The notes: a model not told the origin generated them from the sequence alone. Positions 1 through 12,670 are shown, counted from the whole stretch's first letter. The stretch is 62,968 nucleotides of DNA, filler included, from Octopus bimaculoides (GCF_001194135.2; 6 parts of 6 records of this genome joined end to end with filler, not necessarily neighbours in it); one strand, 5' to 3'. Program-made: numbers and translations.

Positions 1-333
1 AATTTAGTGGGGATAGTCGATTGCATACTTATTTTATCAACTCCGAAAGAATAAAGGGCAGAATTGACCTCGGTAGAATTTGAACTTAGGCGAGGTTGTC
101 TTTGTCGAGGTCGACTTTGCCTTTCATCCTTTCGGGGTCGATAAATTAAGTACCAGTTACGCACTGGGGTCTATGTAATCGACTTAATCCCTTTGTCTGT
201 CCTTGTTTGTCTCCACTATGTTTAGCCCCTTGTGGGCAATAAAGAAATAAGAATTTGAACTTAGAACGTGAAGACAGACGAAATACCGCTAATCATTTTG
301 CCCGGCAGTTAACGATTCTGCCAGCTCGCCGCC
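1..333 (-). mobile_element. tRNA-derived SINE family A, split by a nested copy
   Basis: Reverse complement of the GGCGGCGAGCTGGCAGAATCG head ends at 333; the body continues at 1-89; AGAATTTGAACTTAG is duplicated at 75-89 and 250-264. Confidence 0.85.
90..249 (+). mobile_element. SINE family A, 5'-truncated, nested in the opposite-strand copy
   Basis: GAGGTCGACTTTGCCTTTCATCCTTTCGGGGTCG core, GCAATAAAGAAATAAG tail, 15-bp flanking duplication. Confidence 0.85.
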
Positions 334-352
334 TTTAACAACTGACAATAAT

Positions 353-564
353 CTTTTCTACTATAGAGACAAGTCCTGATTTTGTGGGAGGGGAGCAGTC
401 GATCACATCGAACCCAGTACTCAACTGGTACTTGATTTATCGACCCCGAAAAATGAAAGGCAACTTCAAATTCCTAGGCGGAATTTGAAGTTAGAGTGTT
501 GCGACAGACGAAATACCGCTGAGCATTTCGCCCGGTGTGCTACCGATTCTGCCAGTTCACCGCC
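353..564 (-). mobile_element. SINE family A, full length
   Basis: Head and core match the other copies; 19-bp flanking duplication TTTAA(C/T)AACTGACAATAAT at 334-352 and 565-583. Confidence 0.85.
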
Positions 565-809
565 TTTAATAACTGACAATAATACCAGTAGAAATACATT
601 TGGCTGCAACGCTACGCCGACGCCGATGCCACACTGGGCCATCATCTTTCTCTAAATGGATCTTTCAGTCAGCAAAGATAATGTCTATTTAGTCTCAGAT
701 TACGTTCAGTAAAACTTTTGTTTTCCTCAGAAAATAACATTATGTAAATATGTATGTGTGTTTATGTATATCAATGTTTGTGCCTGCCTGAATGTACGTA
801 AGTGTGTGC

Positions 810-814
810 GTATG

Positions 815-882
<68 letters not shown>

Positions 883-1107
883 NNNNNNNNNNNNNNNNNN
901 NNNNNNNNNNNNNNNNNNNNNNNNNNNNNNNNNNNNNNNNNNNNNNNNNNNNNNNNNNNNNNNNNNNNNNNNNNNNNNNNNNNNNNNNNNNNNNNNNNNN
1001 NNNNNNNNNNNNNNNNNNNNNNNNNNNNNNNNNNNNNNNNNNNNNNNNNNNNNNNNNNNNNNNNNNNNNNNNNNNNNNNNNNNNNNNNNNNNNNNNNNNN
1101 NNNNNNN

Positions 1108-1168
<61 letters not shown>

Positions 1169-1176
1169 TGTGTGTG
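810..1176. repeat. (GT)n microsatellite spanning an N gap
   Basis: Direct inspection. Confidence 0.95.
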
Positions 1177-1279
1177 TACAAGTTAGTATTGCTATATTTC
1201 TTATACCTGTTATCTACTGCCACTGATTTGCGGTGAGAGTATTTGAAGAGGGGCAGAGGTTACCTTGCATGGCATCATT

Positions 1280-1480
1280 GAGTGCTTAGCCTAGTGGTTA
1301 TGGTGTTGGATTCATGATCATGAAGTCACGGGTTCGATTCCTGGACAGAACAACGCGTTGTATCCCTGAGCAAAGATGATTTTTTTTTTCCATAATTCAG
1401 AAACGTACAGCCTTGTTACACTCCTAACACGTTGATTCTGCATAAAGGTACTCTTGTCTATGGAATGCTCAGCTACTTAC
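1280..1480 (+). mobile_element. Degenerate tRNA-derived SINE related to family C
   Basis: A-box-like TAGCCTAGTGG and B-box GGTTCGATTCC; the 3' part CCTTGTTACACTC...GGAATGCTCAGCTACTT resembles the tail of the copy at 55655-56032. Confidence 0.6.
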
Positions 1481-2059
1481 CAGAGTCGGAAATCTAGAAG
1501 ATCAGACAATGGAATCCCCATAGTCAAACGACTGAGATCCACTCTACAGTGTGTCCCAGAATTGAATATCTATTTCAGTAAAATCGGGCAATTTTCTTAA
1601 AAAACATTTTTATTTATGTTTATCATGTTTGATACGTGTTTAATTCCTTTATTCCTTCACTTATTTCCGTCATTTGACTGCGCCCATGCTGGAACACCGC
1701 CTTTAAAGGTTTTTCCGTTCGTTAAATAAAGAACCTGTCCATTAGTGGAGTTTTATTTTTTCTTCATCTCAATGTTGACTGCTATTTCTCGCATGTCGAG
1801 CAACTGCTCACGTAGAAGCACTCTCACTAGCTCATCGAATATGTAATAGACCATGGAGTATCGGCTCCTAATGAAGATATCTACAAGAAAAAAAACGTAA
1901 CTGAAACAGTCGCTTTAGAGATTTATATAGTGAGCTCATAGAAAATGGTTAACTGATTTGCTCTGCCACTATGCAATCGCTCTTTTCTTGGCGTCTTCAC
2001 CATGATCAATTGTAAAAGAAAGAAAGAGTAAGAGAGAGACAGTTGGGAAGAAAAACGTC

Positions 2060-2150
2060 CCTGTTTTTGACTGGTACTTTGTTTATTGACCCCGAAGAGT
2101 TGAAAGCGTGGTCGACCTCTGCAGGATCTGAACTCAGAGGACAGAGAGCT
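2060..2150 (-). mobile_element. SINE family A fragment
   Basis: ACTGGTACTTTGTTTATTGACCCCGAAG...GGTCGACCTCTGCAGGATCTGAACTCAG matches the family A core in reverse. Confidence 0.65.
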
Positions 2151-2503
2151 GGAACACATAAAGGTCAGTGTTAGCGGGTTGTCGTCTCCATCAACCTCGA
2201 TAAACTTGCTCTCATCACCAGTATGACTTTGTTTACATATTTTTAATATTTCTGTGGCGAATGAGCTGTGCATGTGACCTCTATAAAGCCTTCTATGCTG
2301 GTGCAACTGATACACTTGATGTGCAGCTTGAACATCTGCATGGAAAACGTAAGCTTTGGCGGTAATTTCGTCCGTTTTGGTTGAAAAGACAACTGGGCGA
2401 AATGTTTCGATCAGGATCTGAGAGGTGAGACACAGGAAAAGTCGCAGGAAGAGGAGAGACTTTGAAACAAGTGACCGAAAGTGGAGAGCAAATGCAGCTA
2501 AAC

Positions 2504-2794
2504 CAGTGGTTCTCAACCAGGGCCCAAATGACCTTTGGAGGTCTATATGGCCCTTGGAGATCTATATAACTTCCTTAGGGGTTCGTACATTTTGTTGTTA
2601 AAAGTTATGTGCCAAAAACTAGTTATATTTCTAAAGTACACAAAATATTTAAACACTTTTTATACAATTCCTTATAATATTTATTCGTAAAGATATAAGA
2701 GCTTTTAGGCATCGAATGGTTATGAGGGGTCCCCATCCCTAAGTAAAACAGGAATCAAAGGGGTCAGTAGGCAAAAACTGGTTAAGAACCATTG
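2504..2794. mobile_element. hAT (Charlie-like) MITE
   Basis: TIRs CAGTGGTTCTCAACC (2504-2518) and GGTTAAGAACCATTG (2780-2794); degenerate 8-bp TSD AGCTAAAC / GGCTACAT. Confidence 0.8.
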
Positions 2795-3680
2795 GGCTAC
2801 ATAGATTAGCATGGAGCACAAACCGTTGTAGTATCGACAAGAGAAGAAAAGAATGGGAACCGCGTGCTTGTCATCCAGAGGACCGAACACGTTAGGATGT
2901 GAATCTGTTATGTAAGTTTTGTTAATTACCCTTGATGCTGATGTGATTATAAGCAACAGTACTGGTGGCAGTATTCCAATGTAGGTTGCACGTGACCTTT
3001 GTAAAATATCAGCATCTGGTGTGTTGATGTAGTTTCTAATGAAGGTTCTCATTGTTTGTCGTGCATTTTTAGTTATGTTATACATGAAAAACTATAAAAA
3101 ATTTGTGAAGTCAGTCACATAAGTGAGTATTCTATTTGATACGATATTTATTGTGGCTCATGCAAGGGTACACAATGATTGTGTATATGGCTGTATACGT
3201 GTATATAGGCCAATGTGTGTATATATTTGTGAGCGTCGTTTTTATGTGGCATATACTGAAGAGAACACAAAATTGAGTGCTGGAGGAGACGAAGGTGGTG
3301 TAAGGAACAAATTAACTACACAGCGATTTATAAGATTTGTAACATAGAGTATACAGAATGTCACATTAGTGATGGAAAGAAAGGAAGGAGGAGTTTGTTT
3401 GTCTGTTTCGGCCGATGCCAAATCTGGTATGCTTACTGATGCTCGTGATAATTCTACTTAATATGATGACAGACAGCTTGTTTAATCATATATGTGTGTG
3501 TCTGTGTATGTACGTACGTACGTATGTATGTATGTATGTACGTTTGTAAGAGCACTGTTTGTGTATGTGTACGTCGGTATAAGTGCGCATGTCTAATGTA
3601 TTTACATGTATTTTTATACATTTGTTAATATTAGGTTATGTATATAAATTCTTATATATGTGTTAATGCGTGTGTGTATG

Positions 3681-3715
<35 letters not shown>

Positions 3716-3859
3716 ATACCTATCTAAATCTTCTAACGTATACATATGTGTAAATATATCTGAGTGTGTGTTTGTGTATACGTATGCAAATCCGCCTCAG
3801 CTTTCTACAGTTGTCTGTTAATGTGGGCATCCGTTAATATTTAGATTGTTTTCAAGCGG

Positions 3860-4235
3860 TCATTCCGCAACAAGCTCCGCTTTCAGACTTGAGACTGGCG
3901 CCATTATGTTGATAATGTATTCCTTTTAAACCGAGAAATCGTTTGTCTTTTTTTTTATTCACTCCGTAGAAATTGCCAGATTTGTAATAATGGTTGGCAG
4001 TAAATAATTGATATAGTTTCCATGTTAGTTCTTATCTAAATATGTAATAGAGTTTAAAGTAATTGACGGCTAATTCAATCTTTTTTGTTCTGCTAAAATA
4101 AATATTCTCTGGTGACACTAAATAATATCCATTACAAAAGGGGAGTTTTACTAAAAAGCGATAGGTAATTTCCCACCAATCCCAAAAGACCATTACGGTT
4201 TCAGTTTCCGATTGCACATTAGCATCAACTATCAC
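3860..4235 (-). mobile_element. Degenerate mariner transposase fragment
   Basis: ETVMVFWDWWEITYRFL resembles the mariner KVM..VFWD..G motif; downstream KGIHYQHNGASLKS (about 3897-3926) resembles KGVLFHQDNAPAH. Confidence 0.5.
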
Positions 4236-4401
4236 TATTTGTCATTTTCCTTTTTCACAATGAATGAAGATTTTGTATCTAAGAAAATAAGTAAATAAAT
4301 AAATAATCCTATTTTAAAAAGTACTTGAGTTGTAGAGCAAGAGATGAGCTTCTGGCAGGATGATATGGTTTCATATACCAACTGAAAATTATTTTAGTTT
4401 C

Positions 4402-4468
4402 ATCTACGTTAATAATGTCTTCTTAATCTACGTTAATAATGTCTTCTTAATCTACGTTAATAATGTCT
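4402..4468. repeat. 24-bp tandem repeat, about 2.8 copies
   Basis: Unit ATCTACGTTAATAATGTCTTCTTA. Confidence 0.9.
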
Positions 4469-7107
4469 ATTGATTGATCTTTGGTCAGTAAGTGTTATTT
4501 CCTGTTTGCTTCTATCTAGAAATCAAAAGAAATGACTGCTATTCCTTTCAAACTTTGCTTTTGTGACCTGGACATCAATATTTTGAAACTGACCTATTTT
4601 CCATTACATTTCAGACCGATTCAGCACTGAGTTGCTGAAGCACAAATATCGTTGTAGCAAATATTCTGCTTAATATCACAAATTTGCTTGACCTTAAAGA
4701 TTTGAGCATGTCTCATAGTGTTTGACAATGTGAGCATCTCTGAGTAGTGGGAGAGCATGTGAAGAGAGGGATTCTTTGGGGGTTTGAATAAAAGTAACAA
4801 AAGCAAAGTTTGTAGGAAATATTAGCCATTTTTCATACTTTCTTGGGGTAACCAAATAGGAAATAACAGTTGCTACTCATGGACAGAAATCGTATTACAC
4901 AATGTAATTGTGACGAATCCAATTTTTACAACTTTTGAAAGACAGGGCCTCAATGTAAACAGAAGAAACCAATATATATTGTTAAAGAACAAATAACATA
5001 AACAGATAAATAAGTAAATAAATAAGCATGATCTTATTTGTAAAAGTTTTGGGGTTTGGGTTTGCACTCACTAAACAAATTTCGTTCCCGAATCTGTGAC
5101 TGTAATTATCGTGGTTGTTGTCGAGTCGAAAGTTATATTTGTGAAACATCACCGGTTGTGTCTACAACAAGAGTGGAACCAACTGGACGGAGAATTCAAT
5201 GCACATGCGCGCGCATACACAAACACATGTATGTGCGTATGAATGTTTGTGGGCGCAATTAACATTTACAACTTTAAATATCGTAATAAAATCATCTTTT
5301 TATGACTAATCCAAAATTGAAAACAGAACATATGTATTTCTAAATTAAGTGTGGATGCAAGCACGTGAGATTTCAAATGGAATTAAAAATGAGTAACCAG
5401 TGGGAATCAAAGCTGTTTTTCAGTTGATGCCTTATGTATATGTGACGTATGTGTGTGTGTGTGTATGTGTATGTGTGTGTGTGTGCGCGCGTGCGTGCGT
5501 GCGTGCGTGGTGTATGTGTATGTGCGTATGTGTGTGCGTGTGCACCCGTGTATGCATATATTTGTATGCATGTGTGTATATTTATGCTTGTACGTGCGCA
5601 TGTATGTATTTATCAAGGAATATGCCAATTCCAGTGAAGATCCAGTTGCAGTGAAAAACGGAACTATGACAGTCTGAGAGAAACTTCAGCGTGGAATATA
5701 AAGCAAAACGTGTCTATGGGTGAGTGTGTGTGTATGTGTGTACTAATTTATTAACGGTGCTCTAGCCTATTGTATAAATGCAAATTAAGGTATGTTTATT
5801 AGTTTTTGCCAAAATTTGAAACCAGTAAGACCAACCTTTCTACTTGTCCACAGAGATTTTTTAAAATGTTTGCAAAAGTTGTTTACATTTGCTTGCATTT
5901 GCTCTCGTCAATGTGTTTATTCAATCACAGCGTTGGTTCGACATTCCGAGTTCAGATCTTAAGAACGATATTAGGTTTCGTTTCTCATAGTTTGATAAAA
6001 TATGCAGAAGATATCGTTACAATCCAATCGAGAGCTCCTCAGACTTGCTTGTATATAACTTAACCAATTAATTACACTAGCGCTATTTTTCCATGTGGGC
6101 AAATTTACGGCTGGACTAATTTTTAAGGTAGCCGAATCCAAATTATAATTATTAATTTACCTAGTTCGCATTTTACTGTGTTAATACATCTACACTTGGA
6201 ATCAGCTTTAAAATTATGTTTAAAATCTTTGAAAGTAATGTAGTGATGTATGCAATGCTAAACGTTTAGTTCTATCGTCTATTTTAAGTTAAGCTGCAAA
6301 TTTTTAAGTTTCTTGGTAATTCGGTGATAGCTGCTACTAGTTGTTTTTCTATTTGTATTTGTAATAATCTTCAAAAAATATTTTGAATTGTCAGTCTTAA
6401 TTGGATATGCAATGTTAAGCACGACCAGTTATGGTTGTACTTAACTTTGCATATACGAACACATTTACATATATACGTACATACATACGTACAATTAGAT
6501 CCAGTCTCGGAAAAGTAGACAAGTTGGTAACATTACAGACTTTTATGCAGGAGTGGGCAGGAAAAACTGAATCCGTGTTTAGTTTCTGGTCTTGTTACAT
6601 CTTCACCAGTAAATAAATAAAGAACATCTTTTGTCCACAGCTATATCATCAGCTTATAACTAATTTACTGTGGTCGCAAACAGTAACGAAGCTGAACTTA
6701 CTTGTCTAATTTGCATAACAGTACATGAACTGGCCGCATCAATTAATTAACTCTTAATGTCTTTAAAATAATTTGTATGATTATTAAAAAGTACACTATT
6801 ATTTTAAATTGCTCGGAAAACGATGTGTAGTGAACAATTAAATAGGCATTAATTCAAGCTGTTAGAGCAAGCGCTGTTATACAAACACAACAGGGTAGTT
6901 CGACTTTGTCCGAGTTTTGTTTGTACTAGAACTAGAGATAACCTTCTTATCTCTCTCCAGCCAGAAAATGGATATAATTTCTCTGATAAAGGTCTAACCA
7001 ACTCAGGAACTGGTCAAATCAATCTGAATGGAATGATAAAACTTGTGACGTAACCAGCTTGTTTATGTTTCATAGTGAGTTAACTATGTTTCTTAAACGG
7101 TATACTT

Positions 7108-7153
7108 TGTGTGTATGTGTGTGTGTATGTGTGTGTGTGCGTGTGCGTGTGTG

Positions 7154-7238
<85 letters not shown>

Positions 7239-7333
7239 AATGAGAGAGACAGACAGGAAGATAGATAGATAGATAGATAGATAGATACATACATACATAC
7301 ATACATACATACATACATACATACATACATACA
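7108..7333. repeat. Compound (GT)n-(GATA)n-(CATA)n microsatellite
   Basis: Direct inspection. Confidence 0.95.
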
Positions 7334-7410
7334 TTCGCCATGATAGATCGCTGACCACTATATTTATATTTTTTTCTCTCCTTGTTTCTCTCCTTGTTTC
7401 TTTCTGTGTT

Positions 7411-7538
7411 CCTTTCAGTTGAAGAGCGTAGGCTCGAAACGTCAAAGACTTTCTCTATTCCCGAGCGTTATACTAATACATCCATTTGTTGTTTACACCA
7501 CCTGTCTTCGTCTGTTGTTTGTTTCGTAAATTCTCCCA
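7411..7538 (+). mobile_element. Short interspersed repeat with a degenerate hammerhead-like core (copy 1)
   Basis: TTGAAGAGCGTAGGCTCGAAACGTCAAAG; about 120 bp is clearly homologous to 47271-47396. Confidence 0.55.
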
Positions 7539-8079
7539 TACATACATACATGCCTACATACATACATACATACAGACATACATACATACATACATAGAAA
7601 TGCCTATACAGAGGAAGAGAGAGAAGGTGAGAGAGGTTGGAGACAGGTAGACAAAGACTAAGGCGAAAACATGCAAGGGATAGAAAGAACGATAGCTTCA
7701 GAATTAGTGAGTTAATGAATGTGTGAATGAGCGAATTATTATGTCACTGAGATGTATTCATGTGTGTTTATATGGAAATGCAGAAGTATAACGATATACG
7801 CATGAGCGTTTATATTACTATACCTGGTTATGCATTCGTAATATGTTTGTGACGGAATTTCTATGTGTTTATTTGTTCATGTGTGTGAGCGTGTGTCTGT
7901 GTCTGCGTATGTGCAAAAATGTTTTGATTAAAAATGGTTGTTTGTTTGTGAAAATTCATTTTTTTGCATAGAAGTGTGGTAATTTTAACCAAATAATAAC
8001 AGATCATGAAAATATCATAACAACAATAAACAACGAATACCGCAAATAACAAAATAGATAACAATATCAATAGCGATGA

Positions 8080-8113
8080 TAATAACAATAATAATAATAA
8101 TAATAATAATAAC

Positions 8114-8160
<47 letters not shown>

Positions 8161-8170
8161 TAATAATAAA
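8080..8170. repeat. (AAT)n microsatellite
   Basis: Direct inspection. Confidence 0.95.
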
Positions 8171-9349
8171 CGCTGAGGATAATTTTATTTAATTTTATTT
8201 CTGTATGATGTTATTTCATTATTTCGTTTAACACACATACACGTGTACACATGCATATATGTGTGTGTGTATTTACATCTACGTATATATATATATGTAT
8301 NNNNNNNNNNNNNNNNNNNNNNNNNNNNNNNNNNNNNNNNNNNNNNNNNNNNNNNNNNNNNNNNNNNNNNNNNNNNNNNNNNNNNNNNNNNNNNNNNNNN
8401 NNNNNNNNNNNNNNNNNNNNNNNNNNNNNNNNNNNNNNNNNNNNNNNNNNNNNNNNNNNNNNNNNNNNNNNNNNNNNNNNNNNNNNNNNNNNNNNNNNNN
8501 NNNNNNNNNNNNNNNNNNNNNNNNNNNNNNNNNNNNNNNNNNNNNNNNNNNNNNNNNNNNNNNNNNNNNNNNNNNNNNNNNNNNNNNNNNNNNNNNNNNN
8601 NNNNNNNNNNNNNNNNNNNNNNNNNNNNNNNNNNNNNNNNNNNNNNNNNNNNNNNNNNNNNNNNNNNNNNNNNNNNNNNNNNNNNNNNNNNNNNNNNNNN
8701 NNNNNNNNNNNNNNNNNNNNNNNNNNNNNNNNNNNNNNNNNNNNNNNNNNNNNNNNNNNNNNNNNNNNNNNNNNNNNNNNNNNNNNNNNNNNNNNNNNNN
8801 NNNNNNNNNNNNNNNNNNNNNNNNNNNNNNNNNNNNNNNNNNNNNNNNNNNNNNNNNNNNNNNNNNNNNNNNNNNNNNNNNNNNNNNNNNNNNNNNNNNN
8901 NNNNNNNNNNNNNNNNNNNNNNNNNNNNNNNNNNNNNNNNNNNNNNNNNNNNNNNNNNNNNNNNNNNNNNNNNNNNNNNNNNNNNNNNNNNNNNNNNNNN
9001 NNNNNNNNNNNNNNNNNNNNNNNNNNNNNNNNNNNNNNNNNNNNNNNNNNNNNTGTTGCAAAGAAGAAAAAATAGTTAACTTTAGCAAAAACCAAGTGGA
9101 GTGAAATTTTACACAAATCCAATCAATGATTGATTTCTACATTGATTTTAATAAAATTATTCGTTGTTTATTGTTTTGTTTATTACTGTTTTTTTTTTCT
9201 GTTGTAAACTTGTGTGTGGGGGCGCTTTTGTTGGAGTGGAAATTATTTTGTTATGAGAGTGTTGTTTTTTGTTTTTTTTCGTTTCGTTTGTATTGCAAAT
9301 GCCTTATTACTTTATTATTAATGTTATTATTTTTTTTTGTTATCATATC

Positions 9350-9380
9350 AAGATCATCATCATCATTATCATCGTAATCC

Positions 9381-9413
<33 letters not shown>

Positions 9414-9532
9414 CCAACACCATCAGCATCTTCATCATCGCCATCTCCATCATCAACAACATCATCCATATTATTATCATGGCCCCCATCATGAACATCA
9501 TCATCAACATTATTATTATTATTATTATTATC

Positions 9533-9570
<38 letters not shown>

Positions 9571-9575
9571 CATAT
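9350..9575. repeat. (CAT)n/(TAT)n degenerate trinucleotide repeat
   Basis: Direct inspection; source of the poly-H/Y/I pseudo-ORFs. Confidence 0.9.
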
Positions 9576-9589
9576 TCTTATTTTGTTGT

Positions 9590-9689
9590 NNNNNNNNNNN
9601 NNNNNNNNNNNNNNNNNNNNNNNNNNNNNNNNNTTAATTAATTAANNNNNNNNNNNNNNNNNNNNNNNNNNNNNNNNNNNNNNNNNNNN
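9590..9689. other. Artificial 100-bp gap spacer N44-TTAATTAATTAA-N44
   Basis: Same layout at 12500-12599, 15199-15298, 44259-44358 and 60772-60871; the 12-mer gives stops in all six frames. Confidence 0.95.
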
Positions 9690-10629
9690 CATTATTCCTT
9701 TTGAGGGGGATGTTTTCCAAATTATCTTCACTACACTTTTGAAAATGATTGGGGAGGCCTTTTATGAAAATCTGATTTCCACCAGTTTTTAAGTCACCGA
9801 ACACCATTACAATTCTTGGGTATAATGTAGTATACCGTCGTGAAAGGATGAAAGTAAATCGATGATTTGTTTTTGTTCGTATAATCTATAATATAAATTG
9901 AAGTTCGCCGACCGTTGTATTCTTTCTTGTCATGAGGTTCCCAGCCAAACGGCTGGTTGGATTCGCATAAAAAATGGCACACGTGTGGAGACGGGTGCAT
10001 AGATTGGAATGCGCTTTCTATTTTTCTCTTAGCCCCCATACTTACAGAGAAAATCGATTAAAACAACTTGTGTGCGTGTATGTGAATGTGTGTCACTGAA
10101 GCCATTCATACGTATATACATATAATCACATATTCTATCTCGCACACCCCATCAAACGCGCGNNNNNNNNNNNNNNNNNNNNNNNNNNNNNNNNNNNNNN
10201 NNNNNNNNNNNNNNNNNNNNNNNNNNNNNNNNNNNNNNNNNNNNNNNNNNNNNNNNNNNNNNNNNNNNNNNNNGTGTCTCTTTCGCTTTCACGACGACTT
10301 CAAAAGATCCCCTTTTTCCCCAACCATCACATAAACTTCTTCACTGTGTTGGATTGTTAATGTTGTTTAGCCATAGGTCAGCCCTGATCCTCTTCTATCC
10401 TGGTGTTATATAAAACTTTATATTCTATATTATGTATACTATGTTAAATTTTGTTGTTATATCTTCTTTCAATTTCTGTTCTCTGATTGAACAAACGTCT
10501 AATACAATAGCTCTCAGCCACATTTTTTTCTAAAAAGGTACGTGTCTATTTTTTGCCTAACCGAAAACAATCACAGCCACATCATCCAAACAGACCGGGT
10601 GAANNNNNNNNNNAGCCACATCATCCAAA

Positions 10630-10660
10630 CAGACCGGGTGAAACCGGGTTTAGCTGCTAG
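10630..10660 (+). mobile_element. Helitron-like 3' terminus
   Basis: CCGG-GTGAAA-CCGG weak hairpin followed by TTTAGCTGCTAG|T. Confidence 0.35.
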
Positions 10661-12599
10661 TAAAATATAAATTTTTATTTGGCAACATATTTTTGGAGGA
10701 AGAGATGAAAGAGAAAACATGAAAAGTATAAAAGATGAAATTATCGTGAGAGAAAAGGAAAGTACCTCACCAACGAAACAAAGGGAAAGAAAGAAGTGGG
10801 GTGGGATTAACGAGTAGGAGATGGGTGGGGAGGGGGTTTAATCTTTTAAACATTCAATGTTTTTTGTTCCTTAATTTTATTCCTGTAAAAGTCTGTTGCT
10901 AAACATAACCTTATATCATATGAATATAAATTGTCCCCTAAAAAGTGTCTTTTACGATAGAAACCGGAAGTGGCAACAGTAATNNNNNNNNNNCCCCTAA
11001 AAAGTGTCTTTTACGATAGAAACCGGAAGTGGCAACAGTAATATACGAATATTTGATGAAACATGTTTGATTTTCGATTGGGGAAGTTCCTGTGTGGGTC
11101 TCAGCAACTTGTATACCCGTTAAATTGTCANNNNNNNNNNNNNNNNNNNNNNNNNNNNNNNNNNNNNNNNNNNNNNNNNNNNNNNNNNNNNNNNNNNNNN
11201 NNNNNNNNNNNNNNNNNNNNNNNNNNNNNNNNNNNNNNNNNNNNNNNNNNNNNNNNNNNNNNNNNNNNNNNNNNNNNNNNNNNNNNNNNNNNNNNNNNNN
11301 NNNNNNNNNNNNNNNNNNNNNNNNNNNNNNNNNNNNNNNNNNNNNNNNNNNNNNNNNNNNNNNNNNNNNNNNNNNNNNNNNNNNNNNNNNNNNNNNNNNN
11401 NNNNNNNNNNNNNNNNNNNNNNNNNNNNNNNNNNNNNNNNNNNNNNNNNNNNNNNNNNNNNNNNNNNNNNNNNNNNNNNNNNNNNNNNNNNNNNNNNNNN
11501 NNNNNNNNNNNNNNNNNNNNNNNNNNNNNNNNNNNNNNNNNNNNNNNNNNNNNNNNNNNNNNNNNNNNNNNNNNNNNNNNNNNNNNNNNNNNNNNNNNNN
11601 NNNNNNNNNNNNNNNNNNNNNNNNNNNNNNNNNNNNNNNNNNNNNNNNNNNNNNNNNNNNNNNNNNNNNNNNNNNNNNNNNNNNNNNNNNNNNNNNNNNN
11701 NNNNNNNNNNNNNNNNNNNNNNNNNNNNNNNNNNNNNNNNNNNNNNNNNNNNNNNNNNNNNNNNNNNNNNNNNNNNNNNNNNNNNNNNNNNNNNNNNNNN
11801 NNNNNNNNNNNNNNNNNNNNNNNNNNNNNNNNNNNNNNNNNNNNNNNNNNNNNNNNNNNNNNNNNNNNNNNNNNNNNNNNNNNNNNNNNNNNNNNNNNNN
11901 NNNNNNNNNNNNNNNNNNNNNNNNNNNNNNNNNNNNNNNNNNNNNNNNNNNNNNNNNNNNNNNNNNNNTTTTTAAGGGCAATTTACGTTCACTATTTTAT
12001 GTGTGGAAACTGCATGTTAACCCAAATCTTTTCTGCAGTTTCATTTGAAAATGAAAACACTTTATTTTCAGACTTTATCTGACACAAACAAAAGATAATT
12101 GAATCTAAAAACAATAGTGTAATTATGATTACAGGGTAAAAAAAAANNNNNNNNNNAAAAATATAAATACAGGGTAAACATGGTTCCACTGTTATTTTTA
12201 GATTCATTAATTTCTTTTGTTTGTGTTGAATTGAAAAAGTTTAAGCAAAGGAAAATTACATATTTCATTTTGTGTTGCAAAGTAAAAGAGGGGAAANNNN
12301 NNNNNNNNNTGATCCCTGTTGAAAGGGCAATGATTTAGGAACAATTTCATGGACTCTTTTTTTTTTGTTTAAAAAGAATCTATCTGCATTCTTTTAAGTA
12401 CAGAAAAAGAATTTGACTCATGCAAGCATAAAAATTTGGACGATGAAACAATGGTGATAAAGATGATGATGATGTGCAAAACAACACCTGCTAAGAAAAN
12501 NNNNNNNNNNNNNNNNNNNNNNNNNNNNNNNNNNNNNNNNNNNTTAATTAATTAANNNNNNNNNNNNNNNNNNNNNNNNNNNNNNNNNNNNNNNNNNNN

Positions 12600-12670
<71 letters not shown>

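Larger units (their letters stand above)
1923..3085 (-). other. Open frame of unknown nature interrupted by the MITE; possibly antisense to a decayed RTE remnant
   Basis: Track ORFs 2720-3085 and 1923-2516 join in frame once 2504-2794 plus one 8-bp TSD is removed; no homologue recognised. Confidence 0.2.

Noticed and set aside
2222-2353. Plus-strand AG...GTAAG candidate exon (YDFVYIFLIFLWRM...)
   Set aside because: No homologue recognised; it overlaps sequence better explained as decayed repeat.
4402-4468. Short direct-repeat arrays (also 43347-43419) as CRISPR-like
   Set aside because: No unique spacers, no cas genes, and a eukaryotic context.
5650-5725. Possible exon ending at a GTGAGT donor
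   Set aside because: Poor acceptor and an unrecognisable 23-aa peptide.
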